From: Bacilli bacterium
GTDB lineage: Bacteria > Bacillota_I > Bacilli_A > RF39 > UBA660
Direction: 5' to 3'
Assembly: GCA_045535005.1 (NCBI GenBank)
Contig: JAZSKU010000047.1
Location: 1 to 54,968 of the forward strand
Length of the DNA stretch: 54,968 bases
How positions within the stretch are numbered: position 1 is the first letter of the stretch; every line of letters starts with the position of its first letter. Below are positions 8,687-18,574 of this stretch, piece by piece. The position numbers and the translations under genes are program-made. The notes under the pieces were generated by a model. It was not told the DNA's origin, made no database searches, and saw only the letters and a list, made by a program, of their open reading frames with translations.

Positions 8687-9829
8687 ATGATACTTGGTAT
8701 ATGTGATAATCCTAGTGTACTTGAAGTAATGAATATTATTAGTAAGGTTATAATGATAATTAAGATAATTGTACCTATTATTTTAATAGTAATATGTATG
8801 GTTGATTTTATGAAGGCTATTAATGATAAAGATAATGATGGCTTAAAGAAAGCACAAAAGATTGCGATTAATAGAGCTATAGCTGCTGTACTTATATTTA
8901 TGATACCTACAATAGTTGGAGTACTTGTAAGAGTTAGTACTAATGGTACTGAATATGAAGCATGCTTTTCTGAAGATATGAGTGAAACTACTCGTAATGC
9001 GTATATAGCTAATGCAGAAGAAGCTGTTTCTAGAGCAGAAACGTCATTAAATTATAACGATTATAATAATGCATTAATTTCTGTTAATAATATAAAAGAT
9101 ATGGCAGATAGAACTCCTTTTTTACAAAGATTAGAAGTAGTAAAAGGTAAGATTGATCAAAGAATAGAAGAAACTGAGAATGAAGAGAATAATTCTGGAA
9201 ATAGTGGAAACTCAGGTTACTCTGGAAATAGTGGTAATAGTGGAAACTCAGGTAATTCTGGAAACAGTGGTAATGGAAACACTAATACTAATGGCGGTAA
9301 ATATATTTCCCCTTTAAAGATTACTCCTAGTTTTGGTAGTCAAAATAGTACATATTGTACTTATTCTAATAGTACTCAGTCTATTGTTCATGATGTAGGT
9401 GTTGTTACTGGAACTGAAGTATATGCTTCATTTGATGGAACTGCTACATTTAGTCAAAATTATTGTAATATTAATGGAACTAATTATTTATTTAGTTATG
9501 GAAATAAGATTACTATTAATGGTAATAATGGAGAAGGAATTGTTCTTGCTCACTTTAGTGCATTTTATATAGATGGTAAAAAGGTAACTGGTAGTGTTAC
9601 TTTAAGTGGAAACTCTAAATATAGTGATTGTAGTCCTGATGCTTGTACTAAATTAGGTGGTAGTATGGTTAGAACTACTGTTGCTACAAAAAGTGTTAAA
9701 GCAGGAGATTTAATCGGTTACTCTGGTAATACAGGAAACTCTACAGGGCCACACTTACATGTAGAACTTAAAAATCCTAATGGAAGTGGTTGTGCTGTTA
9801 ATCCTTGGAAGGATTATTTTGGATATTAA
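8687..9829 (+). CDS. Membrane-anchored M23 (LytM-type) peptidoglycan endopeptidase with a low-complexity GNS linker
   Basis: C-terminal GYSGNTGNSTGPHLHVELK (HxH zinc motif of M23). Two N-terminal TM helices. The central SGNSGN repeat acts as a linker. Confidence 0.8.
   Translation: MILGICDNPSVLEVMNIISKVIMIIKIIVPIILIVICMVDFMKAINDKDNDGLKKAQKIAINRAIAAVLIFMIPTIVGVLVRVSTNGTEYEACFSEDMSETTRNAYIANAEEAVSRAETSLNYNDYNNALISVNNIKDMADRTPFLQRLEVVKGKIDQRIEETENEENNSGNSGNSGYSGNSGNSGNSGNSGNSGNGNTNTNGGKYISPLKITPSFGSQNSTYCTYSNSTQSIVHDVGVVTGTEVYASFDGTATFSQNYCNINGTNYLFSYGNKITINGNNGEGIVLAHFSAFYIDGKKVTGSVTLSGNSKYSDCSPDACTKLGGSMVRTTVATKSVKAGDLIGYSGNTGNSTGPHLHVELKNPNGSGCAVNPWKDYFGY
9191..9275 (+). repeat. In-frame imperfect tandem repeat encoding (S/Y)GNSGN
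   Basis: AGTGGAAACTCAGGT occurs twice (9203, 9238), and TCTGGAAA(T/C)AGTGG units recur. Confidence 0.8.
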
Positions 9830-9856
9830 AAAGTGAAAATGTTTTCACTTTTTTAT
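9829..9856 (+). terminator. Rho-independent terminator
   Basis: AAAAGTGAAAATGTTTTCACTTTTTT. Confidence 0.7.
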
Positions 9857-9893
9857 TTTCTTTGCTATAATATTTTTGGAGGATAGGTGAAAT

Positions 9894-10376
9894 ATGAAAA
9901 ATGATGTTGTAGATGCTATAATTGAGATTCCTTATAGAAGTCAAAATAAATTCGAAATTAAAAATGGTAGAGTTAAATTAGATAGAGTTCTTTATAGTGC
10001 GATGGCATATCCAGCTGAATATGGTTATATTGAAAATACATATGCTGATGATGGAGATGCTTTAGATATATTAGTTATTGGAACTGAACCAACTTTCCCA
10101 GGATGTATTGTTCCTGCTAGAGTTATTGGTGTTCTTATGATTAAAGATAATGGGTTTGAAGATGCTAAGATTATATCTGTTACTGATGTAGATCCTAGAT
10201 ATAGTGAAGTACAAAAACTTGATGATTTAGAAACATTTATGTTAGATGAAATTAAGAATTTCTTTGAGAATTATAAAACACTACAAAAGATTGATGTTGA
10301 AGTAGGAGATTATTTACCTAAAGAAGAAGCTTTAGCATTAATAGAGAAAGCTAAAAAGAAGTTTGAAGAGATGTAA
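9894..10376 (+). CDS. ppa: Family I inorganic pyrophosphatase
   Basis: EIPYRSQNKFEI, YPAEYGYI and DGDALDILV motifs. 160 aa. Confidence 0.9.
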   Translation: MKNDVVDAIIEIPYRSQNKFEIKNGRVKLDRVLYSAMAYPAEYGYIENTYADDGDALDILVIGTEPTFPGCIVPARVIGVLMIKDNGFEDAKIISVTDVDPRYSEVQKLDDLETFMLDEIKNFFENYKTLQKIDVEVGDYLPKEEALALIEKAKKKFEEM

Positions 10377-10402
10377 AAAAGAGTTTTAAAAACTCTTTTT
10401 TT
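10375..10402 (+). terminator. Rho-independent terminator after ppa
   Basis: GAGTTT/AAACTC stem plus a 7-T run. Confidence 0.7.
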
Positions 10403-10419
10403 ATGGTAGAATATTTCGT

Positions 10420-12204
10420 ATGGAAAGAGATAAAATTAAAAATTTTTGTATTATTGCACATATAGATCATGGAAAGAGTACGCTAGCTGATAGAATACTT
10501 GATATTTGTGGTGCTGTAACTGAAAGAGAAAAGAAAGATCAAATACTAGATTCTATGGATTTAGAACGTGAACGTGGTATTACTATTAAATTAAATGCAG
10601 TTGAACTTAATTATAAAGGTTATACTCTTCATTTAATTGATACTCCAGGTCATGTAGACTTTAGTTATGAGGTTTCTCGTAGTTTAGCTGCTTGTGAAGG
10701 TGCTATATTAGTTGTAGATGCTACTCAAGGTATTGAAGCACAAACGTTAGCTAACCTTTATTTAGCACTTGATGCTGATTTAAAAATTATACCAGTTATT
10801 AATAAGATAGATTTACCTAATGCTGATCCAGAAAGAGTTAAAAATGAGCTTGTAAATACTATTGGATTTAATTATGATGAAATTATTTGTTGTAGTGGTA
10901 AGACTGGTGAAGGGGTTAATGATTTACTTGATGCTGTTATTGAAAAGGTACCTAGTCCAAAGAGTGATAGTAATAAGTTAAGAGCTCTTATATTTGATAG
11001 TTATTTTGATCCTTATAAAGGTGTTGTAATTCTATTTAGAGTTATGGATGGTACTATTAAAGTAGGAGATAAAATAAGATTTATAAATAGTGATGCTGTA
11101 TATGAAGTATTAGAGTTAGGTAAACATACACCAAAAGAAATTAAGAAGAATTCTTTATCAAGTGGTGAAGTTGGGTTCTTAAGTGCATCTATTAAGAGTA
11201 TTACTGAAGTTGAAGTAGGAGATACTATATGTATTGATGGACAAAATGTGGAAGCACTTCCTGGATATAAGCCTATGAAACCTATGGTATTTAGTGGTAT
11301 TTATCCAATTGATAGTTCTAAATATAATCAACTTAAAGAGGCTTTACTTAAACTTAAACTTAGTGATGCATCTTTAATATTTGAACCTGAAACAAGTATT
11401 GCTCTTGGGTTTGGATTTAGATGTGGTTTCTTAGGGTTATTACATATGGAAATAATTCAAGAAAGAATTGAAAGAGAATTTGGTATTGATATTATTGCTA
11501 CTTCTCCTTCTGTTGTTTATGAAGTTATTATGAGTGATGGCAGTGTTGTGATGATTGATTCACCAAGTAAAATGCCTGAACAAAATTATATATCTAAAGT
11601 ACTTGAACCATATGTTAGAGCAAATATTTATGTACCTAGTGAATATGTAGGTGCGATTATGGAATTATGCCAAGATAAGCGTGGTATATATAAGAATATG
11701 TCTTATATAGATGAAACTCGTGTAAATATTACATATGAGATGCCTTTAAGTGAAATTGTATATGATTTCTTTGATAAACTTAAGAGTTATACTAAAGGTT
11801 ATGCATCTTTTGATTATGAATTTATTGGTAATAATGAAAGTAAATTAGTTAAGATGGATATATTATTAAACGGAGATATTGTTGATGCTCTTAGTATAAT
11901 TGTACATAAAGATTATGCTTATAAAAGAGGTAGGGTAATTTGTGAGAACTTAAAGAAAATTATACCTAGACAAATGTTTCAAGTTCCTATTCAAGCTTGT
12001 ATTGGATCTAAAGTTATTGCTCGTGAAGATATAAGTGCGATGAAGAAAAATGTACTTGCTAAATGTTATGGTGGAGATGTTTCTCGTAAACGTAAACTTT
12101 TAGAAAAACAAAAAGAAGGTAAGAAGAGAATGAAACAAGTAGGTAGTGTATCTATACCTCAAGAAGCATTCTTAACTATTTTAAGTACAGATAGTCATGA
12201 ATAA
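10420..12204 (+). CDS. lepA: Elongation factor 4 (LepA)
   Basis: [26 protein letters not shown] GTPase motifs. Characteristic C-terminus [18 protein letters not shown]. Confidence 0.95.
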   Translation: MERDKIKNFCIIAHIDHGKSTLADRILDICGAVTEREKKDQILDSMDLERERGITIKLNAVELNYKGYTLHLIDTPGHVDFSYEVSRSLAACEGAILVVDATQGIEAQTLANLYLALDADLKIIPVINKIDLPNADPERVKNELVNTIGFNYDEIICCSGKTGEGVNDLLDAVIEKVPSPKSDSNKLRALIFDSYFDPYKGVVILFRVMDGTIKVGDKIRFINSDAVYEVLELGKHTPKEIKKNSLSSGEVGFLSASIKSITEVEVGDTICIDGQNVEALPGYKPMKPMVFSGIYPIDSSKYNQLKEALLKLKLSDASLIFEPETSIALGFGFRCGFLGLLHMEIIQERIEREFGIDIIATSPSVVYEVIMSDGSVVMIDSPSKMPEQNYISKVLEPYVRANIYVPSEYVGAIMELCQDKRGIYKNMSYIDETRVNITYEMPLSEIVYDFFDKLKSYTKGYASFDYEFIGNNESKLVKMDILLNGDIVDALSIIVHKDYAYKRGRVICENLKKIIPRQMFQVPIQACIGSKVIAREDISAMKKNVLAKCYGGDVSRKRKLLEKQKEGKKRMKQVGSVSIPQEAFLTILSTDSHE

Positions 12205-12542
12205 TTAATGAAAGAACGTTAAGTTATTATTTAACTTTGTTCTTTCTTTTATTTTGTCTTCTTTTGTAAATGTTTTCTCCTTTTTAATATATGGTGTTAT
12301 TTCCTTATAAATAGGGATTGATTTTTTTATTATATTAAGTGTTTTATTAGTTTTATTTAATAATTTTAATATTATATTTTTATTCATATAATATTATATG
12401 TTTTTTTTGATATTTGTGTTATACTTAAATAGTAAAATAGGATAGAGATAAAAAAATGTAAAAAATATTAATTTTATATATTCTTTTTATTAAAATATTA
12501 TGTTATAATTTTATATAGATAGAATAAGAAGGAAGATTTCGC

Positions 12543-14342
12543 ATGGCAAAAAAGGTTAAAGAAAAAGCTAAAACTAGTAAGAAAAAACAATCTCTAGATG
12601 TTGGATCTATAATTGGATTTGGACCTAAAGCTATTAAGTTTGTTTTTACTGAAGTAGGCGTTTTAATAAAAAGTGTTGGTCTGGGTGTTTTTGGAGTAAT
12701 AGATTTCATTATCACTTTTGTTGTGTCTATTTTTTCTTATATAGCATTTGGTATTAAATACGTTATTGATTTCTTCTGGAAGTATTTTTTTGAAGGAATT
12801 TATGGTGAATTAAAAGCACTATGTTTAGCGATTGCTGGTGGTGCTACATTTGTAGGAAGTTTTGTTTTCTATGATGTACCAATGTTTATATATAATAAAT
12901 GTAGTAAATATGTATATGATACTTATAATTACATTAAGTTAAAGAACGAAGCTATTAAAGAAAAATCTACTGAAAATGTAACTGTAACAAAATCTGTTAA
13001 GAAATATATTACTGAAAAATACGAAAATTTATCATTTGTTAAAGCTAAGAGAGAGAAATTCGAAGCTAGTCTTACTGTTTTAACTATTAATCCTAATGGA
13101 GACGATGCGATTAAAACAGAAGATAAACAAACATATAAATATATAGCTCGTAACAAAGATGGTAAAGTTGTAACTGGATACTTTGCTGCTTTATCTAAAT
13201 TAGATGTTTATTCTTATTTAATAGATGAAGGTTTTACAGTATATAATATTGAAACTAGTTGGGCTATTAATTTCTTCCATACAGAAGCTTCTAGTATTAA
13301 GAGAAAGATGTCTCTTAAAGATCTTGTATTCTGGTTAACTCAATTATCTACATATATTAAAGCTGGTATTCCTCTTGCTGAAGCAGTTAAGGTACTTGCT
13401 AAACAAGATAAGAAAAATAAATATAAAGCTGTATATGAATCAATTATATATGACTTAACAATGGGTAATACATTTAGTGATGCGTTAAAGAATCAAGGTA
13501 GCGTATTCCCTGCATTACTTATAAATATGATTAAATCATCTGAAATGATAGGTGATATCGAAGGTACTCTTGATGAGATGGCTGCATATTATCAAGAAAT
13601 GAATGATACTAAGAGAGAAATTGTTAGTGCTCTTGCATATCCATGTGTAATCATGCTTGTTGCTATTGGTGTTGTAGTATTCATGCTTACATATATCATT
13701 CCACAATTTGTTGATGTTTACGAATCAATGGATGCTGAAATTAATCCATTAACTCAAACAATGCTTAACATTTCTGCTTATTTAAGAACTGAATATATGA
13801 CAATTATTGCTGTTATAGTTGTATCTGTTACTGCATTTGTACTTTTATATAAGAAAGTTAAAGCATTTAAGACTATGATGCAATCATTATGTATGAAGTT
13901 ACCAACTGTAGGTGACATAATTATATCTAAAGAAATATCATTATTCTCTCGTACATTTGCTACACTAAATAAAAACAATGTACTTATCGGAGATAGTATT
14001 GATATTCTTGGTAAAATAACTAATAACGAAATTTATAAAGCGATAATGTATCACACAATTAATAACCTTCTTAAAGGTGAAAAGATGAGTGAATCATTTA
14101 AAGATCACTGGGCTGTACCAGAAATAGCATATTATATGATTGTTACTGGTGAAAGTACTGGTGAACTTGCTGCTATGCTTGATAAAGTAGCTGACTTCTA
14201 TCAAAAGAGACAAAGAAATATGATTGGTATGATTAAAACATTTATTGAACCTATTATGATTATGTTCTTAGCTGTAACTGTAGGTTTAATCGTTGTTTCT
14301 ATCTTAGTACCAATGTTCGGAATTTACGGAACAGTTGCTTAA
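12543..14342 (+). CDS. Type IV pilus/type II secretion platform protein (PilC/GspF family) with a ~190-aa N-terminal membrane extension
   Basis: The canonical PilC N-terminus (YKYIARNKDGKVVTGYFAA) begins only near residue 195. Two GspF repeats follow (STYIKAGIPLAEAV..., GESTGELAAMLDKVADFY). Residues 1-190 are Lys-rich and then contain several hydrophobic helices. Confidence 0.8.
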   Translation: MAKKVKEKAKTSKKKQSLDVGSIIGFGPKAIKFVFTEVGVLIKSVGLGVFGVIDFIITFVVSIFSYIAFGIKYVIDFFWKYFFEGIYGELKALCLAIAGGATFVGSFVFYDVPMFIYNKCSKYVYDTYNYIKLKNEAIKEKSTENVTVTKSVKKYITEKYENLSFVKAKREKFEASLTVLTINPNGDDAIKTEDKQTYKYIARNKDGKVVTGYFAALSKLDVYSYLIDEGFTVYNIETSWAINFFHTEASSIKRKMSLKDLVFWLTQLSTYIKAGIPLAEAVKVLAKQDKKNKYKAVYESIIYDLTMGNTFSDALKNQGSVFPALLINMIKSSEMIGDIEGTLDEMAAYYQEMNDTKREIVSALAYPCVIMLVAIGVVVFMLTYIIPQFVDVYESMDAEINPLTQTMLNISAYLRTEYMTIIAVIVVSVTAFVLLYKKVKAFKTMMQSLCMKLPTVGDIIISKEISLFSRTFATLNKNNVLIGDSIDILGKITNNEIYKAIMYHTINNLLKGEKMSESFKDHWAVPEIAYYMIVTGESTGELAAMLDKVADFYQKRQRNMIGMIKTFIEPIMIMFLAVTVGLIVVSILVPMFGIYGTVA

Positions 14343-14351
14343 GGGGGACTT

Positions 14352-15116
14352 ATGGAAAAAATATTCATTATGATTTTAATTACTGTACTTGGAGCGGTTT
14401 TAGGAAGTTTTTTAGGATGTATGGGATATAGAATACCAAACAAAATAAAAACTTCTTATCCAAGTAGTTTTTGCCCTCATTGTAAGAAATCATTAAAATG
14501 GTATATGAATATTCCAATTGTATCTTATATTGTTTTAAAAGGTAAATGTGCTTATTGTAAAAAACCAATTAGCTTTATTTACTTTTTTGTTGAAATAGCG
14601 TGTGCTTTATTATTCTTATGTAATTATTTAATGTTTGATTTTACATTTGAATTTTTTGTTTCTACAATTCTTACATGTGCGTTAATTGTAACTATAGTTA
14701 GTGATTTTCTATATTTTTATATATCGGATAGAGTACTTATTTTTTCTGGTATTGCGCTTATAATAACATTATTTTCTTTCTTAGAATTTAACGATGCGAT
14801 ATTTTATATTATAAGTGGAGCTGCTATGTTTTTAGTTATGCTTGGAATTAAGTTTGCTGGAAACATTATGTTTAAAAGAGAATCTTTAGGAGATGGGGAT
14901 ATTAAATTAATGGGAATAATTGGACTTTCTTCTGGAATTATATATTCTTTAGTTAGTTTATCTATAGCATCTTTTATTGGGCTTTTCTTTTCATTAATTG
15001 TATCTGCTAAAAATAAAGAGGGTATTATTCCTTTTGGACCGTTTCTACTTATGGGAGCATTAATTACTTTATATTTTAAAGATCTTATATCTCCTTTTAT
15101 AGATATGTTATATTAG
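14352..15116 (+). CDS. Prepilin peptidase (A24 family, PilD/ComC type)
   Basis: N-terminal CPHC...CAYC zinc motif. Polytopic membrane protein. GDGDIKLM catalytic Asp motif. Confidence 0.85.
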   Translation: MEKIFIMILITVLGAVLGSFLGCMGYRIPNKIKTSYPSSFCPHCKKSLKWYMNIPIVSYIVLKGKCAYCKKPISFIYFFVEIACALLFLCNYLMFDFTFEFFVSTILTCALIVTIVSDFLYFYISDRVLIFSGIALIITLFSFLEFNDAIFYIISGAAMFLVMLGIKFAGNIMFKRESLGDGDIKLMGIIGLSSGIIYSLVSLSIASFIGLFFSLIVSAKNKEGIIPFGPFLLMGALITLYFKDLISPFIDMLY

Positions 15117-15139
15117 ACTTAAAATTTAAGTCTTTTTTT
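15115..15139 (+). terminator. Rho-independent terminator after the prepilin peptidase gene
   Basis: AGACTT/AAGTCT stem plus a 7-T run. Confidence 0.7.
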
Positions 15140-15143
15140 ATAC

Positions 15144-15172
15144 TTTACATACAAATATTTGTGTGTTATAAT
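15144..15172 (+). promoter_or_regulatory. Sigma-A promoter of the ileS leader
   Basis: TTTACA, 17 nt, TATAAT. Confidence 0.65.
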
Positions 15173-15178
15173 CTTTTT

Positions 15179-15376
15179 ATTGAAATCAAATGAGGAAGAC
15201 GTTATATAATTAATGTTAAAGAGAGTTAGTGGCTGGTGTGAACTAATAACTAATATTATATATGAATCACTTCTGATGATGTCTATGGATAAGATAGACA
15301 CGCTTAATAGGCGTTATTTTAATTAAGTAAACAAAAGGATGGCACCGTCTTTATGACTCCTTGCGCCATCCTTTTT
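15179..15376 (+). promoter_or_regulatory. T-box riboswitch leader (Ile specifier AUC) controlling ileS
   Basis: AGAGAGTTAGTGGCTGGTG stem-I distal motifs. GAATCAC specifier candidate (AUC followed by A). T-box sequence AAAAGGATGGCACCG. Terminator AAGGATGGC...GCCATCCTT plus a T-run. Confidence 0.85.
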
Positions 15377-15396
15377 ATTTTGAGAGGAGAATATTT

Positions 15397-18300
15397 ATGG
15401 AAAAGTTTAAGGAACTAAGAAAAGGTGCAGTCAGTGAACTTGAAATGGCTCAAACTGATCATTGGAAGAAAATTGATATCTTAAATAAATCTATTGAAAA
15501 TAGAAAAGATAGTGAAGATTTTGTTTTCTATGATGGTCCAGCTTATGCTAATGGTTTTCCTGGTGTACACCATATGCTTGCTAAAATATTAAAAGATGCA
15601 GCATGTAAGTATAAAACTATGAAAGGGTATAAAGTTGAACGTAAGATTGGTTGGGATACTCATGGTCTTCCTACAGAAGTTAATGTAGAAAAGAAACTTG
15701 GATTTAAAGACAAGAAAGATATAGAAGATTATGGTGTTGAAAAATTCAATGAAGAATGTAAAAAGAACGTAAGACTTAATGAAGGTGAATTTGTTCGTCT
15801 TACTGATAGAATGGGTCAATTTATTGATACTGAGAATGCTTATATTACATTTAAAAATGAATTTATTGAATCTGAATGGTGGATTTTAAAAGAATTCTTT
15901 GATGCTGGACTTGTATATCATAGTCATAAGATTTTACCATATTGTCCTAGATGTGGAACTGAGCTTTCTACTCATGAAGTTGCTGATGGATATAAGGAAG
16001 TAGATGTTAATTCTGTAATTGTTCCATTTAAATTAAAAGATAAAGATGAATATTTCTTAGTATGGACAACTACACCTTGGACTTTAATGGCTAATGTTGC
16101 ACTTTGCGTTAATCCTGATGAAGAATATGTTAAGGTTGATAGTAAAGGATATAAGTTTATTCTTGCTAGTAGTTTAGCTGATAAGGTATTAGGTGAAGAC
16201 TATGAAGTTGTTGAAAAATATGTAGGAAAAGATTTAGAATATATTGAATATGATCAATTATTACCATTCTTAAGTGTAGATAAAAAAGCATTTTTTGTTA
16301 CATGCGATAATTATGTAACTATGGAAGATGGTACTGGTATAGTACATATTGCTCCTGCATTTGGTGCTGATGATAATTTAGTAGGTCAAAGATATGATTT
16401 ACCTATGTTACAACCAGTTGATTTAAGTGGTAAATATGTTGATGGTCCATGGAAAGATAGAGTGGTTACTGATCCTGAACTTGAAATTGAGATAATTAAA
16501 TACTTAAAAGAAAATGATAAGTTATTTAAGAAAATTAAATTAAGTCACAATTATCCTCATTGTTGGAGATGTAAGTCGCCATTAATTTATATGGCTAAAC
16601 CAGCTTGGTATATTAAAGTTACTGAGTTTAAAGATAAAATAATTGAAGCTAATAAACAAGTTAATTGGTTCCCTGATTATGTAGGTGAAAAGAGATTTGC
16701 TAACTGGCTTGAAAACTTACAAGATTGGGGTATTTCAAGAAGTCGTTATTGGGGATGTCCAATTCCACTTTGGACTTGTGAATGTGGTCATAAGGAAATG
16801 ATAGGTTCTATTGATGAACTTGTTTCTAAATCAATTGAAAAGATTGATAATACAATAGACTTACATAAACCATATGTAGATAATGTTCATATTAAGTGTC
16901 CACATTGTGGTAAAGAAATGACAAGAATTCCAGATGTTATTGATGTTTGGTTTGATAGTGGTGCTGTTCCATTTGCTCAATATCATTATCCATTTGAAAA
17001 TAAAGAATATTTTGAAAGTCATTTTCCAGCTGATTTTATTGCTGAAGGACTTGATCAAACTAGAGGTTGGTTCTATTCATTAATAGTTATTTCTGTATTC
17101 TTAACTGGTAAAAGTCCATACAAGAATGTACTTGTAAATGACTTATTACTTGATAAATTTGGTCAAAAGATGCATAAGAGTAGAGGAAATGCTGTTGAAC
17201 CATTTACTATTTTAGATAAATATGGTGCTGATGCTACTCGTTGGTATATGTTATATACTAGTCCAGTATGGACTCCGCTTAAGTTTGATGAAGATGGAAT
17301 TAAAGAAGTTAATTCTAAATTCTTCAATACTTTAAAAAATACATATGCATTCTTCCAAATGTATGCTAATACAGATAATATTGATCCAAGAGAATTTGAT
17401 GTTAAATATAAAGAGTTAGAAGATATAGATAAATGGTTAATTTCTAAATATAATAATTTAGTTAAGAATGTTACTCATGAAATGGATAATTATGACTTTA
17501 ATAAGACAGTTCATTTAATTCAAGATTTTGTGTGTGATGACTTATCTAACTGGTATATTAGAAGAAATAGACGTAGATTCTGGGGTAGTGAATTAGATAC
17601 TTCTAAAAAGGCTGTATACAAAACTACTTATGATGTTTTAGTTGGTGTGTGTAAGTTAATTAGTCCAATTGTTCCTTTTATTAGTGAAGAAATATATACT
17701 AATTTAACTGGAGAAGAAAGTGTTCATTTAAGTGATTATCCAACATATGATGAAAAACTTATTGATAATGAACTTGAAAGTAAGATGGATCTTGTAATTG
17801 AACTTATTAGTTATGCTAGAAATATTCGTGAAGAAGCTAAAATTAAAGTTCGTCAACCAATTAATGAAGTTATATTTGAAAGTAAATATAAAGATAAAAT
17901 CAGTGAATTTGAATCTTTATTTATGGAAGAATTAAATGTTAAGAATGTTACTTGGGCTGAATCACTTGATGAATATATTAGTGTTAATTATAAGCCAAAC
18001 TTTAAAGAAGTAGGTAAAGTATTTGGAAGTAATGTTGGTAAATTTGGTGAATACTTAAAAAATATAAGTGATGAAGATAAAGTGAAACTAGAAAGTGGTA
18101 ATTTAACAGTTGACCTTGATGGTACATCATATGATGTACTTAGTAGTTATGTTCTTCGTGATGTTGTATCTAAAGAAGGATATGTATCTGTTATGTTAAA
18201 TTATAAGACTGTAGTTATTGATACTCGTTTAAATCAAGATTTAATTAATGAAGGTCTTGCTCGTGAAGTTGTATCTAAGATACAAAATTTAAGAAAGACT

Positions 18301-18495
18301 AGTGGTTTTGATATAGCTGATAGAATCAATATGACATATTATAGTTCTAGTGAAGTTAAAGATGCTATTGATGAATTTAAGGATTATATTATGGATGAAG
18401 TTTTAGCTTTAGATATTAAGTTTGAAGAAAATGATGGTGAAGAAGTTAAAATTAATGATTATTCTATGAATGTGGTTGTTAAACAAGTTAAATAG
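15397..18495 (+). CDS. ileS: Isoleucyl-tRNA synthetase, long type 2 form (no C-terminal zinc-finger cysteines)
   Basis: HIGH-region PGVHHMLAKI, KMSKS-region KMHKSRGN, CP1 editing region. 1032 aa counted from the ATG at 15397 (RBS GAGAGGAGA). The ORF-track start at 15361 lies inside the T-box terminator. Confidence 0.95.
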   Translation: MEKFKELRKGAVSELEMAQTDHWKKIDILNKSIENRKDSEDFVFYDGPAYANGFPGVHHMLAKILKDAACKYKTMKGYKVERKIGWDTHGLPTEVNVEKKLGFKDKKDIEDYGVEKFNEECKKNVRLNEGEFVRLTDRMGQFIDTENAYITFKNEFIESEWWILKEFFDAGLVYHSHKILPYCPRCGTELSTHEVADGYKEVDVNSVIVPFKLKDKDEYFLVWTTTPWTLMANVALCVNPDEEYVKVDSKGYKFILASSLADKVLGEDYEVVEKYVGKDLEYIEYDQLLPFLSVDKKAFFVTCDNYVTMEDGTGIVHIAPAFGADDNLVGQRYDLPMLQPVDLSGKYVDGPWKDRVVTDPELEIEIIKYLKENDKLFKKIKLSHNYPHCWRCKSPLIYMAKPAWYIKVTEFKDKIIEANKQVNWFPDYVGEKRFANWLENLQDWGISRSRYWGCPIPLWTCECGHKEMIGSIDELVSKSIEKIDNTIDLHKPYVDNVHIKCPHCGKEMTRIPDVIDVWFDSGAVPFAQYHYPFENKEYFESHFPADFIAEGLDQTRGWFYSLIVISVFLTGKSPYKNVLVNDLLLDKFGQKMHKSRGNAVEPFTILDKYGADATRWYMLYTSPVWTPLKFDEDGIKEVNSKFFNTLKNTYAFFQMYANTDNIDPREFDVKYKELEDIDKWLISKYNNLVKNVTHEMDNYDFNKTVHLIQDFVCDDLSNWYIRRNRRRFWGSELDTSKKAVYKTTYDVLVGVCKLISPIVPFISEEIYTNLTGEESVHLSDYPTYDEKLIDNELESKMDLVIELISYARNIREEAKIKVRQPINEVIFESKYKDKISEFESLFMEELNVKNVTWAESLDEYISVNYKPNFKEVGKVFGSNVGKFGEYLKNISDEDKVKLESGNLTVDLDGTSYDVLSSYVLRDVVSKEGYVSVMLNYKTVVIDTRLNQDLINEGLAREVVSKIQNLRKTSGFDIADRINMTYYSSSEVKDAIDEFKDYIMDEVLALDIKFEENDGEEVKINDYSMNVVVKQVK

Positions 18496-18502
18496 ATAAT
18501 AT

Positions 18503-18537
18503 AAAAGATATATAATTGACTTTATATATCTTTTTTT
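18503..18537 (+). terminator. Rho-independent terminator after ileS
   Basis: GATATATA/TATATATC stem plus a 7-T run. Confidence 0.7.
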
Positions 18538-18574
18538 ATATAATTTATTTGCTGATGGAGGAGACATATATAGT

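Noticed and set aside
12205-12387. 60-aa Lys-rich minus-strand ORF downstream of lepA
   Set aside because: No Shine-Dalgarno sequence precedes the ATG (…CATATAATATTATATG). The composition is simply that of AT-rich DNA (Lys/Asn/Ile). I could not find a promoter. It is kept only as a remote possibility.
15119-15301. 60-aa minus-strand ORF between pilD and ileS
   Set aside because: It lies on top of the ileS promoter and T-box leader, which explain the sequence conservation. It has no RBS.
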